Counted from the stretch's first letter, positions 1-12,095 are shown. The stretch: 64,000 nucleotides of DNA from Stegostoma tigrinum (GCF_030684315.1 NC_081370.1:45712728-45776727), one strand, 5' to 3'. Numbers and translations are program-made. The notes: generated by a model from the sequence alone, not told the origin.

Positions 1-529
1 CCCCCTCTTTTAGTTACTGTTATTGTTCACTGTGACAATTCATAATCGCTATCGGATACAGTGACTGACTTTGCTATTTGACACACTGCTCATGGGCCAA
101 GGTCACTAGTATTTTAATTTAATGATGTCAGCTTTGTCTCACTAGTCTACAATGTCAACACATTATTCAGTGAGGTGCTGACAGAGGTGCCTTTTTATTA
201 ATGAGATGTTAAACTGAAAGTTCATCTGCCTTGGCACGATTTGAAAAAAGAGCAACCTAGTTCTTTGCAGGATCCTGGAAATATCTAAGCATCACTCAGA
301 AAACATATGAGCTGGGTATTATCTCATTACTGTGTGTAGGACCTAACCATTTGCAAATTTACTGCCATTATCCTAAAGTGGCAAAAACACTGAGGTCAAG
401 CCATATAATTCAGGCTAAAACTACTTATTAAGCTTATTATAATGACTCAAATTATACAGAAGATTCAATAGCATGCGAGATAAATAGGCTCTGTCATCAT
501 CAAGCGATAGTAAGAACTGAAGAAGAATT

Positions 530-622
530 TCTGAAGAAAGATCCCGACCCCAAACGTTAACTTTCCTGTGCCTCTGATGCTGCCTGGCTCACTGTGCTCT
601 TCCAGCTCCACACTGTGTTATC
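530..622 (+). mobile_element. Penelope-derived terminus remnant
   Basis: ctgaaga..caaacgttaactttcctg..ctgatgctgcctggc..ccagctccacactgtgttatct is similar to the other copies. Related remnants lie at about 21550-21660, 38720-38880, 39910-40020 and 44885-45020. Confidence 0.7.
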
Positions 623-639
623 TTTACAATAACACCCTT

Positions 640-1800
640 TTTTAATGCTGTTTCTCCATGTGTTTTCTACCAAATTATATTATTTCACACTTCTTTGTTT
701 TGAACTTCATCTGCCACCTATTTGTCCACTTTACAAATAGAATGTGAACATTCTATTGAAATTCTTTGTTGACGTCCTCACTGTTTATAATGTATCTAAA
801 TTATATCATCCGCAGACTTGGAAATTGTCCCTTCCACTCCAATATCAAATCATTAATATGTAACTGGAAAAGGAAAGGTCACAATCCTGGCCGCTGGGAA
901 AATAAACCTTCTTTCAGTCTGAAACTTACTTTTTGTTTCTTATCTTTAAGCCAATATAGCATCCACATTACTACTGTCCCTTTTATTCCATGACCTATAA
1001 CTTTTATGTCTGCTTTTCAGCACTGAATTGAATGTATTTTGGAAGTCCAATGTGTAGCCCACATCAGCAGCATTGTCCTCATCAATCCTCTCTGTTACAT
1101 CTTCAAAAAACTCCAACAAACTAATCAAGCCATAATTTTCTGTTAAGAAATTCTCATTGGTGCACCCTGCTTCACCTATACTTGTCCCCGTGACTATTAA
1201 TTCTACCCAGCATTATTATTTCTATGAGTTAGCCCGTTACCGAATTAAACTAACTGTTCTGTTAATGCCAGGCATTTCCTTACAATCTTTCTGAATAAAG
1301 GAATAACGTTTGCAATTTCCAAGTCCCTTGGCACCACCCCTCTGTCCTGGCAGAATTGAAAGATTATGCCCAGTGCATCTGCAGTTTACATTCCCACTTC
1401 TTTCACTATCCTTTCATGCATTTCATCCAACCCCAATCAGTACCAAAGCTTATCCAAGACTCCCTCTTCATCATTTTTAACCATTCTCCTGACAGTTTCC
1501 CCCTCTGTCATCAGGGCTTGTGTAAAATCAGTTTCATTGGTAAAAGCAGATGCAAAATGTTCATTCAGTATCTCAGCCATGATGCCTGCCTCCATGTCTA
1601 AATCTCCATTCTGCTTCCTAAATGATCTTACTCTTCCTTCTGCTACTCTTACTATTTATGTGTAGGTAAAAGACTTTGGGATTCGCCTTCATATTAGATC
1701 AACACCAATCTCCTTACATGCTCCTTCTTTACTTCTCCTATTTGCCTTTTCACTTTCCTTCTGAACATTTTGCAATGTTGTTGATTCTTGTTGTTTGATG
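640..1800 (-). mobile_element. Highly decayed CR1-type LINE
   Basis: LLEFFEDVTERIDEDNAADV..LDFQ motif in ORF 946..1128. Confidence 0.75.
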
Positions 1801-1869
1801 GTATCTCCAACATATCCTTTCCAGTGCATCTTCCCAAAGTAAATTTGGAATAACAAGATGGCATCTCTT

Positions 1870-2160
1870 TTTTTGTTCATTCACTGGATATGGGCATTGC
1901 TGGATAGACCAGTGTTTATTGCCTATCTCTAACTGCCCAGAGGGCAGTTAAGAGTCAACTACTTTGATGTGGGTCTGAAGTCACATGCAGGCCAGCAAGT
2001 ACAGATGGCAGCTACCTTCCCTATAAGGTGTTCTGTACCATTTGGCTTTTCACCAACAATGAGCAACAGTTTCACAGTCACTGTTAGACTCTTCGTTCCA
2101 GATTCTTAATGAATTCAAAAATCTGACATGATGGAATTCAAACTGAGGTCTCCAGAACAT
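1870..2160 (-). mobile_element. Dispersed SINE-like repeat (other copies at about 29720-30070 plus, 57690-57990 plus, 63700-63800 minus)
   Basis: Shared gggcattgctgg..tttattg..cagttaagagtcaac..gtgggtctg(a/g)agtcacatg sequence across copies. Confidence 0.6.
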
Positions 2161-2161
2161 T

Positions 2162-2334
2162 GAGATAACAAGGTGTAGAGCTGGATGAACACAGCAGGCC
2201 AAGCAGCATCAGAGGAGCAGCAAAGCTGACGTTCTAGCCTTCCTGCTCATCTGATGCTGCTTGGCCTGCTGTGTTCATCCAGCTCTACACCTTGTTATCT
2301 CAAGATTCTCCAGCACCTGCAGTTCCTGCTATCG
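2162..2334. mobile_element. Penelope-derived mini-hairpin insertion
   Basis: Inverted arms of about 60 bp plus a tail. TSD ccagaacatt at 2152-2161 and 2335-2344. Confidence 0.85.
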
Positions 2335-3199
2335 CCAGAACATTCTTTGAACACTCCAAGATTTCTACACCTTACGAATTCTGATATCTTGATAATCACT
2401 GCTTTTAATCTCTTCTATGCTGTAGCATCAGATGCTTAGACCCCGAACTCTGGGGCTCCCTAAACCTCTCCCATCTGGGACTCTATTAAAAGCAGACTTC
2501 TTTGACCATTTCTTAGTCATCCAATCTATTTCCTTACGTGACGTAACAATGTAAAACGCTCACATGAACCTTCTTGGAATGTTTTATGGTTTTAAAATTG
2601 CTGCATAAATTAAAGTTGATATCGTCAAGTGATTAATTCAAAGAATTTATTCCATGTGCTCCATTTTTTACACAAGTCCATGGTGCAGCACTTTACCAAA
2701 TGTCTATACATCACATCAATAACATTACCACTGCCAATTCTTCTTGTTATCTCTTTAAAACCTCCAGCCAGTTAGTTAAACATTATTTGCAGTAAACAAG
2801 TCTGAAATAACTCAATGAAGGCCGAAATCCTGTCACCAAGTCATCCTTTACTTACAAATACATTATATATGACATTAGCTCAGCCAATTTAGAGCCAGCA
2901 TCTAGAGTGAACAAAATCCCTGGCACTCCTGTTTGTATCTGTCAGTCAGGGCTCCCTGATTGGACCAAGTTAACAGCCTGAATTAGGGAACTCACTTTTA
3001 GGGAACTCGCTTTCTGTGAGATCTGCCTGGTTGACTTTGTTACAATCACGAAAATCCGTAGCGGCTTTCCTTATTGAATTTGCATTTGCTCAGATGATTA
3101 TTAATTTTATCCAGAATTTGTTTCTAAAACCTCCCTCACCAGTGAGATTAAATTTACTAATCTATAATTGCAGGACTTGCCTTTACAAGCTTTTTTTTT

Positions 3200-3900
3200 C
3201 TAACATTTGCCAAAATATGCCAAAATATGTCAGTGCCAGGACACAAACCTGTTTGACTCCCAAAGTGACATTTGATCTGACAAAGCTGACCTTAATGCAA
3301 TGAGGAATGAAGATCATGTTGAGCAGCTTTAGCCGGGAGCCAATTTTCTCCAGCAGTTGAAGTAGTCCATCTCTCTTCACTTGAATGAACACCTGAAGGC
3401 AACACATAGTGGTCCTCTTCCTTCATGACAATTCTTTTGCAGTTCCAGGCTGAGAAGATCATGCCAATTATAAACCTTCTGGTTCTGAAAGCACACTTCC
3501 ATTCAGGAGAGATGCATTCAGTCAGAATCTGAAACCTGACAAAGGCAGCACAGACAAATACTTTTCCTGTGATGCTTGCAATAGTTGTTCCAATCACCGC
3601 AGCTGTCTTTGTTCTTGTGTAGGGTTACAATCTCAGCATTGTATAGGCTGAGAAACTGCACCCTCTCCCCAGCAGAGACAGGGACATTCAGGGAATGCTG
3701 CAGGAGTACAAGTTTCCCATCCTTGATGAGTTCAGGCAGTATAATATCAGCTGCTAGTTCTCCGCCCATACCTAATGAATTAATAGCTTTGCTAAGCTCC
3801 CCCACTGTGCATTCTTCACCCAGTTCTGGCATGACTGGCAGGCTTTCTATGCAGGTGATGATGACCTCCTCTATCATTTCTTAGTGTAGAGCTGCTTCTC
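3200..3900 (-). mobile_element. RTE-clade LINE reverse transcriptase fragment
   Basis: ELSKAINSL..DIILPELIKDGK.VLLQH, SITGKVF..RFQIL.E.I.PE..CAFR..R....MIFS and the DLTK region, all frameshifted. Confidence 0.75.
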
Positions 3901-4523
3901 TTGCTAAGGGAACCGTTGCTTTTTAGAGCCTTTCATTCATGCCCTTGACTTCCCCTGTGCCAAAGGACACTGGGAAGTTCTGACTGAGTTCTAAGCGCAT
4001 AGTCACAACCTCTCAGGAAAAGTCAAAACCATGACAAAAACCTTGGCCAAAGAGTTTCGGAAGAGAATTTCAGAGCCAAGGGTCTGGGGAAATAAGCAGA
4101 GCCAGCGGGCCGGGGTAATTACGACCAGAAATTAAAATAAAAAGTCGCAGAGAAATTCAGCAGATCAGGATGCAGCTAGGGTGCAGACACAAGCTGATGT
4201 TTCAGGCATGTTAGGAGATCAGAATTTGAAGTGCACATAGGTTTTTGGATAGAATAGAGGCTGTGAAAAGTTGCAGAAATTGACAGGGGGAAAGCAGTGG
4301 AAGGATTTGAAGATAATGGTAATAAAGTTAAAACTGAGGTGTAGCTGGATGGGAATCATGGGATGAATAGTGAATGGAAGTAGGTGTCTGTTTACATATG
4401 GAGTCTCTTAGAATGCCTGAGTGGTTTTAGACTGTGGGGAATCTGAATCCTGTCTGCAACCATGACTTGCATTGCTGAACAGAAAATTATAATCCTTCCA
4501 ATACTGAAACCATGCTTCAATTC

Positions 4524-5047
4524 CCGCACTTGGAGTATTGCGTACAGTTCTGGTCACTGCATTATAAGAAGGATGTGGAAGCTTTGGAAAGGGTGCAGAG
4601 GAGATTTACTAGGATGTTGCCTGGTAAGGAGGGAAGGTCTTATGAGGAAAGGCTGAGGGACTTGAGGCTGTTTTCGTTAGAGAGAAGAAGGTTGAGAAGT
4701 GACTTAATTGAGACATGTAAGATCATCAGAGGGTTAGATAGGGTGGATAGGGAGCGCCTTTTTCCTAGGATGGTGACGGCGAGCACGAGGGGGCATAGCT
4801 TTAAATAGAGGGGTGAAAGATATCGGACAGTTTCTTTACTCAGAGAATAGTAAGGGAATGGAATGCTTTGCCTGCAATGGTAGTAGATTCGGCAATTTTA
4901 AGTACATTTAAGTCATCATTGGACAAGCATATGGACGTACATGGAATAGTGTAGGTGAGATGGGCTTCAGATCGGTATGACAGGTCGGCACAATATCGAG
5001 GGCTGAAGGGCCTGTACTGTGCTGTTATGTTCTATGTTCTATGTTCT
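4524..5047 (+). mobile_element. CR1/HER1 LINE 3' end (young)
   Basis: HLEYCVQFWSLHYKKDVEALERVQRRFTRMLPG..TRGHSFK with a (gttctat)n tail. Confidence 0.9.
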
Positions 5048-5134
5048 AAACTGCTATCTGACAAAAGCAACACAGCCAAATACTTTGTTCTTATGTTGGT
5101 TTACAATCTCAGCATTATATATAGGCTGAAAAGA

Positions 5135-5572
5135 GAGGATTAGAAGGTTAAGCAATAAGGAGAGGCTGGATAGGCTGGGACTTTTCTCCCTGGAGCATCA
5201 GAGGCTGAGGGGTGACATAATAGAGGTTTATAAAATAATGAGGGGAGTTGATAAAATGAATAACCAAGGTATTTTTCCAAGTGTAGGGGAATCCAAAACT
5301 AGAGGGCATTGATTTAAAGAGAAAGGGGAAAATTTAAAAGGGCAACTTTATCCCACAGAGAGTGATGTGTGTATGGAGTGAGCTGCCAGAGGAAGTGATA
5401 GAGCCGAAGACAATTATAACATACATAAGACATTTGTACATATACATGAAAAGGAAAGGTTTAGACGAATATGGGCCAAACACAGGCAAATGCGGCCAGT
5501 TCAGTTTAGGATGCCTGGGAGGCATGGCAAAGTTGGCCTGTTTCCATGCTGCATGATTCTATGATTCTGTAT
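5135..5572 (+). mobile_element. CR1/HER1 LINE 3' end
   Basis: gagaggctggataggctgggactttt..actagagggcat.. with an (atgattct)n tail. Confidence 0.8.
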
Positions 5573-6400
5573 CTAGTGCAAAGAACAGAAAACTGGAACA
5601 ACAATTGTATATGAAACTTATGAAAGAATCCACTGTTTCACTCAGAATAATACCTTCAGGAACTATCTAAGACTAACCAAAATAGTTTGGGAATTTGGAA
5701 ATGGTTACTAGTGCTCAGTTTTGACAGATCATGGTTTCTTTGCATTTCTTGAAAGTTTATATGACATGATATCTTTCATCAAATGCTAATTATTGCACAG
5801 AAATCAAAGAAAACCTTCCAGATTGTAATTATTATTTTTATTTCTGTAAAGAATTAGCACCACAAGAATGAAATTAATAATAATTGTTAAGCACAGCACC
5901 AAAAGTAAGTTTGCAAAACAATCTTTAAAACTGCATCAAATGTTACATCCAGAACAGTAAAGCCAAAAACCATTAGAGGTAACATTACAAAATAGCAAAA
6001 GATTATGCAACAAATCTCATGTTCAATCTCAGCATCATTTGAATATTAGTTCTTGTTTACACCATTTATTGCATTTAAATGTGTCCCACCGGCCCTTATT
6101 GTGTGCTGAGAGTCTTACGTAATTTATAACCCAGGAGAGAAATATAAACAGGCAGTGGTGAGCTTTACAGCCCCAAGCTAGTGTTGAAGGTCTGCATATT
6201 TGTCAGTTAGATTTGCTATCAACTAGGAAAGAGGCGCCTTCTTTGGGATGGCACTCCGTAGCCTCCCCAGTCTCTCTGCTTCAATTCTGTTCCCCACTAC
6301 ACTGGGGTCTCCCAGCCGTGCCTACCCAAATCCCCTAGGGTGTACTACAGGTTGAGCGAATGGAATCTGCCTTCCTATCTCATCTACTCTTAGAATATGT

Positions 6401-6710
6401 GTGGCATGGTGGCACAGCATCAGGGCCTGAGTTTGATTCCAGCCTGGGTTGACTGTTTGTGTGCATGTTCTCCTCATTTCTGCTGAGTGCTCTGGTTTCC
6501 TCCCACAGGCCAGAGATGTGCAGGTCAGTGGATTTGCCATCCTATGTTGCCCTGTGGTGTCCAGGGATAAGCAGGTAAGTGGATTAGCCATGGGAAATGC
6601 AGGGTTCCAGGGATTGGATAGGGGTTTGGATCGGATGCTTTTTGGTGGGTTGGTGCAGACTCGATGGGCTAAATGGCCTTTTTCTGTATTGCTGGGATCC
6701 TGTGATTCTA
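6401..6710 (+). mobile_element. HE1-type V-SINE
   Basis: tRNA-like head, V-domain tgctctggtttcctcccaca..gatgtgcagg and a CR1-like tail. Confidence 0.75.
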
Positions 6711-7099
6711 ATATTGGGAAAATCTAACAGTTTGGGACAGGAAAACAGTCTGGGCCGATGACTTATTGTCAGAACATTTTGTTTATATCTTTTTGAACTT
6801 TTGTTCTGAATGAGACGCCTTTGACCTCTCTGTACAGAGACTGTCTTTCCTGTTGAGCATTTCCAGTTTACTTTTTATTTCAGGATTCCAGCATCTGCAG
6901 TATATCGACATTGCATAGTATGATGGTATCGTTGGATCACATGACAAGTCTATTAGACTTTTTGTTAAATAAGAAAAAGTACATTGTTTCAGTTAACAAG
7001 AAAGAATCCATACCATGTAGACTATGTAATGCTGACAGGGGTTTGACTAGTAGCTCATCATTTGTTGTGTGTTGTATATATAGTCTGTACACTTATCTT

Positions 7100-7443
7100 G
7101 GAACAAAAACAAAGTTGCTGGAGAAGCTCAGCAGGTCTGGCAGCATCTGTGGAGGAGAAAGCAGAGTTAACGTTTTGGGTCCGGTGACCCTTCCTCAGAA
7201 CTCAATTTTGAGTAATTTAGTTTATGTCTTAGGATTTATTAGAAAATCAATTTGATCCACCTCAAAAACTATGGGTTTCTAATCCTTACAGATCTAAAAA
7301 TTAAAAACCCATTTACATCTACTTTAGAACCCAAGTCCCCAAATAATAATATAAATCTTAATCATACACTGTTCCACTTCTGGACTCCACTCACTTATGT
7401 TCCCAAGATTGAGGAATGATAAAAAGATTTTGTTATCTGAAGA
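7100..7443. repeat. Left arm of the inverted repeat flanking the RAG2 coding exon
   Basis: Reverse complement of 9515-9899. The part 7216-7443 matches 9515-9740 with about 14 mismatches and one 2-nt indel. Confidence 0.95.
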
Positions 7444-7542
7444 CAAGTTTAGCGTAAGCTAGACATCAGAAAGCACGAATATTGCTACGACCCCAGATGT
7501 TAAATTGCAAATGATTTAATTGTCAGTCATTTCCATACAGTT

Positions 7543-9102
7543 TCAATCAAATAGTCTCTTCAGAAAGCTTTTCTTCATTGGTGTCCTTTTCAGAGTGGCT
7601 GGTGATTTCTTACGCGGAGATTTAATTGGTGTTCGCTTTATCTGTTTCTTCTTTTGAGGCGTTTGAATTCCTCTATCGATGTAATGCTCATTGCAAAAAT
7701 ACTGTGTGTTTTCTTGAGAAAACTGAATCAGCTGCGACTCTGCAAGATTCATGCACTGGGCATGTACCCAGTGTCCATCATCACCTCCACTCGAGCAGAA
7801 AATCATTGCAGGTTTATTTAATTCTGTGGAGTAATAAGGTTCCCAGATGTTGACGTTCACATTACATGTGGAGCTGCATTTAATCCAATAACCTTCCTCA
7901 TCAGCATTATCTCGGTTCTCTGCATCATCAGAACCCTCGCCCTCTACTTCAAAGTTAAATTCTTCTGAATCTTCAAAGGTGCTGCATTCTTCTGGATCAG
8001 TAAAGGATTCTTGACTACAAGGAATTTGACTTTCTTCGTCTAATTGCCCAAATTTTGCTATGTAGAAGAAGTTTGCCTCGGCTGCATCTTGTTTGCTTTC
8101 TCCGGGAATGCCAATTAACACTGCATTACTTTCCATGCTGCTACCAAACCAGGTTTTGCTTGCTTTAATATCAGTGGTCCATGCTGGGGGCTCCTTTTCC
8201 AAAATCTGAATGTTGTCGTTCTCCACAGTGATGGTATTGCAAATCATTCGCTTCTTGATCTCGGACTCGTAGCCACCCACAATTATGAATTCATCTTTTC
8301 CAGCTGGGGTCACAATTGCACTGGACACAGAAATGCCGCCTTGCAGTACTGTGCACTGTACACTTGGAGAAGTCCCTAATAAATCAACCTTCAGACAAAG
8401 CAACCTTGTAGGGCGACGATTAGTTTCAATTGAATGACCACCTAATATGTACACTCTGTCAATTTTTGCAATGGCGATATGAAATGAAAACCCATCCTCT
8501 ACTTCGGGAAGTATGTGGGACGTGCAGTGGCCGGTGTTTATATCAATCAGAAAAGCTTCCGGCAAACAATCAACTACACTGTTCCAGTTTTCCGTGGTTC
8601 TTTGCCCTGGGGGCCGAAAACGTCTACCCCCAAACAAGACACATAACATTTGCCCCTTGCACTGAACCACATTGATGCTGTGACCATATCTTCCTTGGGG
8701 AACGTCTCCTTCAAGATTTTTTTCAATGCAACGAAGTGATGTTCTCTTGTTGCCAGTGCTGCTGTAAACCATCATTAAATAAAGTGAATTAGACAAGTCA
8801 TTATTTGGATCTCTCCCGCCATGGATTAAATATAAAGGGCTCTTAGGCTCTGAGGGATCTGAGTAATGTGTTATTGCAGGACAACGCAATGGGGGAAGGT
8901 AACAGGAGTCAGGTGAAAATGAAACCGCTTTCAGTCTGAAACTATGGCCTTTGAGATGAAGAAGAAAAACTCCAGTGCTGCACGATCTTTTTGGCCACCC
9001 TTTCTGACCAAAAAAGAAGACCTCACCGTTAAAATTGAATAAAGAAAAGCCTGGGTAGATGAGTCCAGTTTTGATATTCTCTGAGACCATTTGCAGAGTC
9101 AT
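7543..9102 (-). CDS. RAG2: Recombination activating protein 2 (single coding exon, about 519 aa)
   Basis: ORF 7543..9147 has RAG2 signatures: FFGQKGWPKRSC.TGVF, SCYLPPLRCPA, GRYGHSI, LFGGR, RTTENWNSVVDC, acidic hinge FEDSEEF, PHD GYWIKC..C...MIFCS..HWVHAQCM..YFCNEH and C-terminal KKSFLKRLFD. The true start is probably MTLQMV at 9102, because a minus-strand acceptor (cttcttttcttccacag|) puts the exon start at 9127, making the first ORF residues intronic/UTR. Confidence 0.98.
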   Translation of the reverse strand: MTLQMVSENIKTGLIYPGFSLFNFNGEVFFFGQKGWPKRSCSTGVFLLHLKGHSFRLKAVSFSPDSCYLPPLRCPAITHYSDPSEPKSPLYLIHGGRDPNNDLSNSLYLMMVYSSTGNKRTSLRCIEKNLEGDVPQGRYGHSINVVQCKGQMLCVLFGGRRFRPPGQRTTENWNSVVDCLPEAFLIDINTGHCTSHILPEVEDGFSFHIAIAKIDRVYILGGHSIETNRRPTRLLCLKVDLLGTSPSVQCTVLQGGISVSSAIVTPAGKDEFIIVGGYESEIKKRMICNTITVENDNIQILEKEPPAWTTDIKASKTWFGSSMESNAVLIGIPGESKQDAAEANFFYIAKFGQLDEESQIPCSQESFTDPEECSTFEDSEEFNFEVEGEGSDDAENRDNADEEGYWIKCSSTCNVNVNIWEPYYSTELNKPAMIFCSSGGDDGHWVHAQCMNLAESQLIQFSQENTQYFCNEHYIDRGIQTPQKKKQIKRTPIKSPRKKSPATLKRTPMKKSFLKRLFD

Positions 9103-9514
9103 TGTAGTGGTGAAAAGCTGACAGTATCTGTGGAAGAAAAGAAGCATAAAATGATGTTAGAATTAATATTTATATCAAAATTAATTATTATGGATTCTGA
9201 TGGTGCAGAACTAACCACTTGGCAGCTTTTATTAAGTGCAGAAATGCTGGTTTTGGCTGCAATCTGTGTGATAAATCAACAATTAAAAACTGTCACTTTA
9301 TAGTTCAAAATTCAACTACTGTAGGGTATAAAATTCTTTAACATTATTAAATGAGGAAAATATTGTACTGCATTGATTTTTTTTTGTTTAAATAAATCAA
9401 CTATTTGTCAAGCACAAAGTGTAATTGCTTCCAACCGTATTACTGCAATTCAGTTTCAATAAATTTTCATTCAGCAAACTTAGTTTCATTCCAATTCCAG
9501 TTCAGGACATGCAA

Positions 9515-9899
9515 TCTTCAAATAATAAAGTCTTTTTATCATTCATCTATCTTAGGAACATAAGAGGGTGGAGTCCAGAAGTGGAACAGTGTGATTAAGA
9601 TTTATATTATTATTTGGGGACTTGGGTTCTAAAGTAGATGTAAATAGGTTTTTGATTTCTAGATCTGTAAGGATTAGAAACCCATAGTTTTTGAGGTGGA
9701 TCAAATAGATTTTCTAATAACTCCTAAGACATAAGCTAAACACCTACATAAGCTAATGTTTCAGGTCAGGTGACCCTTCCTGAGAACTCAAAACTGAGTT
9801 CTCAGGAAGGGTCACCGGACCCGAAACGTTAACTATGTTTTCTCCTCCACAGATGATGCCAGACCTGCTGAGCTTTACCAGCAACTTTGTTTTTGTTCC
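9515..9899. repeat. Right arm of the inverted repeat flanking the RAG2 coding exon
   Basis: Pairs with 7100-7443 and carries an extra 46 bp (9741-9786). Its outer part is a Penelope-like terminus. Confidence 0.95.
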
Positions 9900-11979
9900 T
9901 TATTTACAGCATCCTCAGTTCTTTTGGTTTTTAACTAGATAAGCTATATCTGGTGAGATAATTGCTGAGGTGATTATTGAATTCGGGTTTTCGAATCTAA
10001 AAAGCCTGAAGCAGGATTGTTCAGAAGAAATGCAGTCGCGGAATAGTCAAAGCCTGACTAAAGTCAGTGTGTTAACCTTTTTGTGTATCTTGAAGGGAAA
10101 TAAAGAGAATCACATTTGGTGAATGTGCAAAATGCTGCCAAAGGGAAATGTATGTGACCTTGTCAGTTGAATGAGAAATCAGAGAGTGAAATTAGGAGCG
10201 AGGCGTCACTAATGTTGAGTAGCTGTAAAGGATATTTCTGGGAGAAAAAGAATGAATCTTTATTTTTGTCGTTTGTGATAAAGTCTTTAAAAATTGTTAA
10301 TCACACAAATATCACTGCGAATTAATGCATTCGCAGCAAAATAGCTTTGAATATGATGTAGTAATTGGAAATGGTAGCAGTCCAGAAGGAAGAAACAGTT
10401 TAACACTTGGAAATGATCATACTAATCCTACTGGAGTGTTGTTCTGAAATGTACAAGACAAGTTGGACTGGTGTGTGCCATTTGCAAGTATTACTAGATT
10501 TTTCTTTCGGTAATTTCACCCTGCAGGCCTGTTCCATCTTTCAATAATACCATGGCTGATCTGGTTGTGGTCTCAGGTCCACTTTTTATCTGCATCCAAT
10601 ACCTTTGAGTCCCTTGTCTATCAAAAGTCTATCCAAATCAGACTTGAACAAAGACCCAGCTTCCACTACATAAGATTTAGGAGCAGAAGTAGACTATTAG
10701 CACAGGGTAATTCATGTCTCTAATACATACTATATTCTATATATTTAATATGAACATACGGCTCCTACGCATCAGCCTAAATATTCATTGCAGAATACAT
10801 GCCATTATTGATGCAAAAAAATCATAAGGGCCAGAAAGTACAGATTTATGGTAATCAGCAAATTTGGTGATAATATGAGAAATCTTTCTTTATGTAGGGA
10901 GGTAATTTGGAATCAATGGCCTGAAAGGGAAATGAAAACAATTTGATAAGTAGCATTGAATAACTACAGCAAAATGAGAAAAACCTGATGATTTTTTTTG
11001 AGGATGATACAAGCAATGTGGTTAAGGAAAACCAGATCCTCCTTTAATAAATACTGTTACCAAAGGATGGAGAACTCCAAGCATCACAACCCTCTTTCCA
11101 AAATTAGAGGAAGCATTAACCCGGCAGTCAGTGTATTGTCAGAAACAGAGAAGCATTTAAAAACAAAATCCACGAGTAAAATTAACAGCATCTTAGACAA
11201 GTGAAGACCAATTAAGGGAGAGCTGGCAGAGAGTCATAAAGTAGAAATCCTGTTTGACTAATTGGACTGAGGTCTTGATGAAGTAGTGGAGACAAACTGG
11301 ATGAAAAAAGTTTGTCGATGTGTATATGGGTTTCCAAAAGGTGTATGATAGAAGATGACACAGTAGCAAAATTGAACCCCAGCCGGGACAAACAAGGCAG
11401 TAGCATCATGTTTACAAATGCAGAGTGATGCAGTGAAAAGCTGTGTTTTCATATTGCTATGGAATTCCCCAGGGTTCAATAGTGTGTGGGCAAATCTGGC
11501 AAAGGATCTCCAGTCTCCCAACCTTGTCTACCAGGGTGATTCTTTCCTGCAGCCATTTTCCACTGGCTTGTCTCCATCGGTCAATTTATAGGTCTGAATC
11601 TATGACAATGCAACCAGGATTCTGAATGATGTGGCCCGAATACAATTGATCTAACCTTTTCCACACTAACACCTGTTATGATCCTAGCTGACGGTTATAT
11701 TAGACAATTCAGAAAGGAAATCTGACTTGTGGCCGCCATTCACTGAACACAATCACACAGGATTGCCAATGTAATTTTAACATCATAATATTTTATTGCA
11801 GCAGAAAGAATAAAGAGCAATAGACTAATTTTCGGGAGCGCTGCTAAGAGTAAAATAATCAACATATTATAGACTGCATCATCTGATTATTCATTATTCA
11901 GTATAATCTCTTCAAAACACCTTCCTCTTGATTCCGGAACAAATAATCAGTAGCTATATTGCTTTTGGAATTCGATTCC

Positions 11980-12095
11980 AGGTGGACCCGCCCGCAGGCT
12001 TTGTGGGATCTGTAGTTCTCAGACTGCGCCCACCTAGACTACATGTCCCAGCATTCACCGCTCCGTCGGCGTTGCCTGGCGACAGGAGTAGGCAG
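11980..12095 (+). promoter_or_regulatory. IFTAP: CpG-rich NWC/IFTAP promoter and probable non-coding first exon
   Basis: The only CpG-dense non-repeat patch noticed. It has two divergent ZNF143/Staf motifs (11998-12016 minus ACTACAGATCCCACAAAGC; 12038-12056 plus ACTACATGTCCCAGCATTC), an X-box GTTGCCTGGCGAC (12071-12083) and a donor CAG|GTAGGG after 12095. Its position upstream of the RAG2 coding exon matches the known NWC promoter in the RAG2 intron. Confidence 0.8.

Noticed and set aside
1-7000. RAG1 coding sequence
   Set aside because: No long plus-strand ORF or RAG1 motifs. RAG1 is expected beyond the left edge of the window.
8224-8262. CACAGTG heptamers as cryptic RSSs (also checked at about 46000 and 49148)
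   Set aside because: No nonamer at 12 or 23 bp in the ones checked.
9103-9147. N-terminal extension MLLFFHRYCQLFTTT of the RAG2 ORF
   Set aside because: It overlaps the polypyrimidine tract and acceptor. MTLQMV matches the usual RAG2 start.
7100-9899. Inverted repeats as relic RAG-transposon TIRs or RSSs
   Set aside because: No CACAGTG-12/23-ACAAAAACC arrangement. The near-nonamer ggtttttga (about 9647) and near-heptamer aacagtg (about 9585) have the wrong orientation and spacing, and about 93% arm identity is too young for the RAG insertion.
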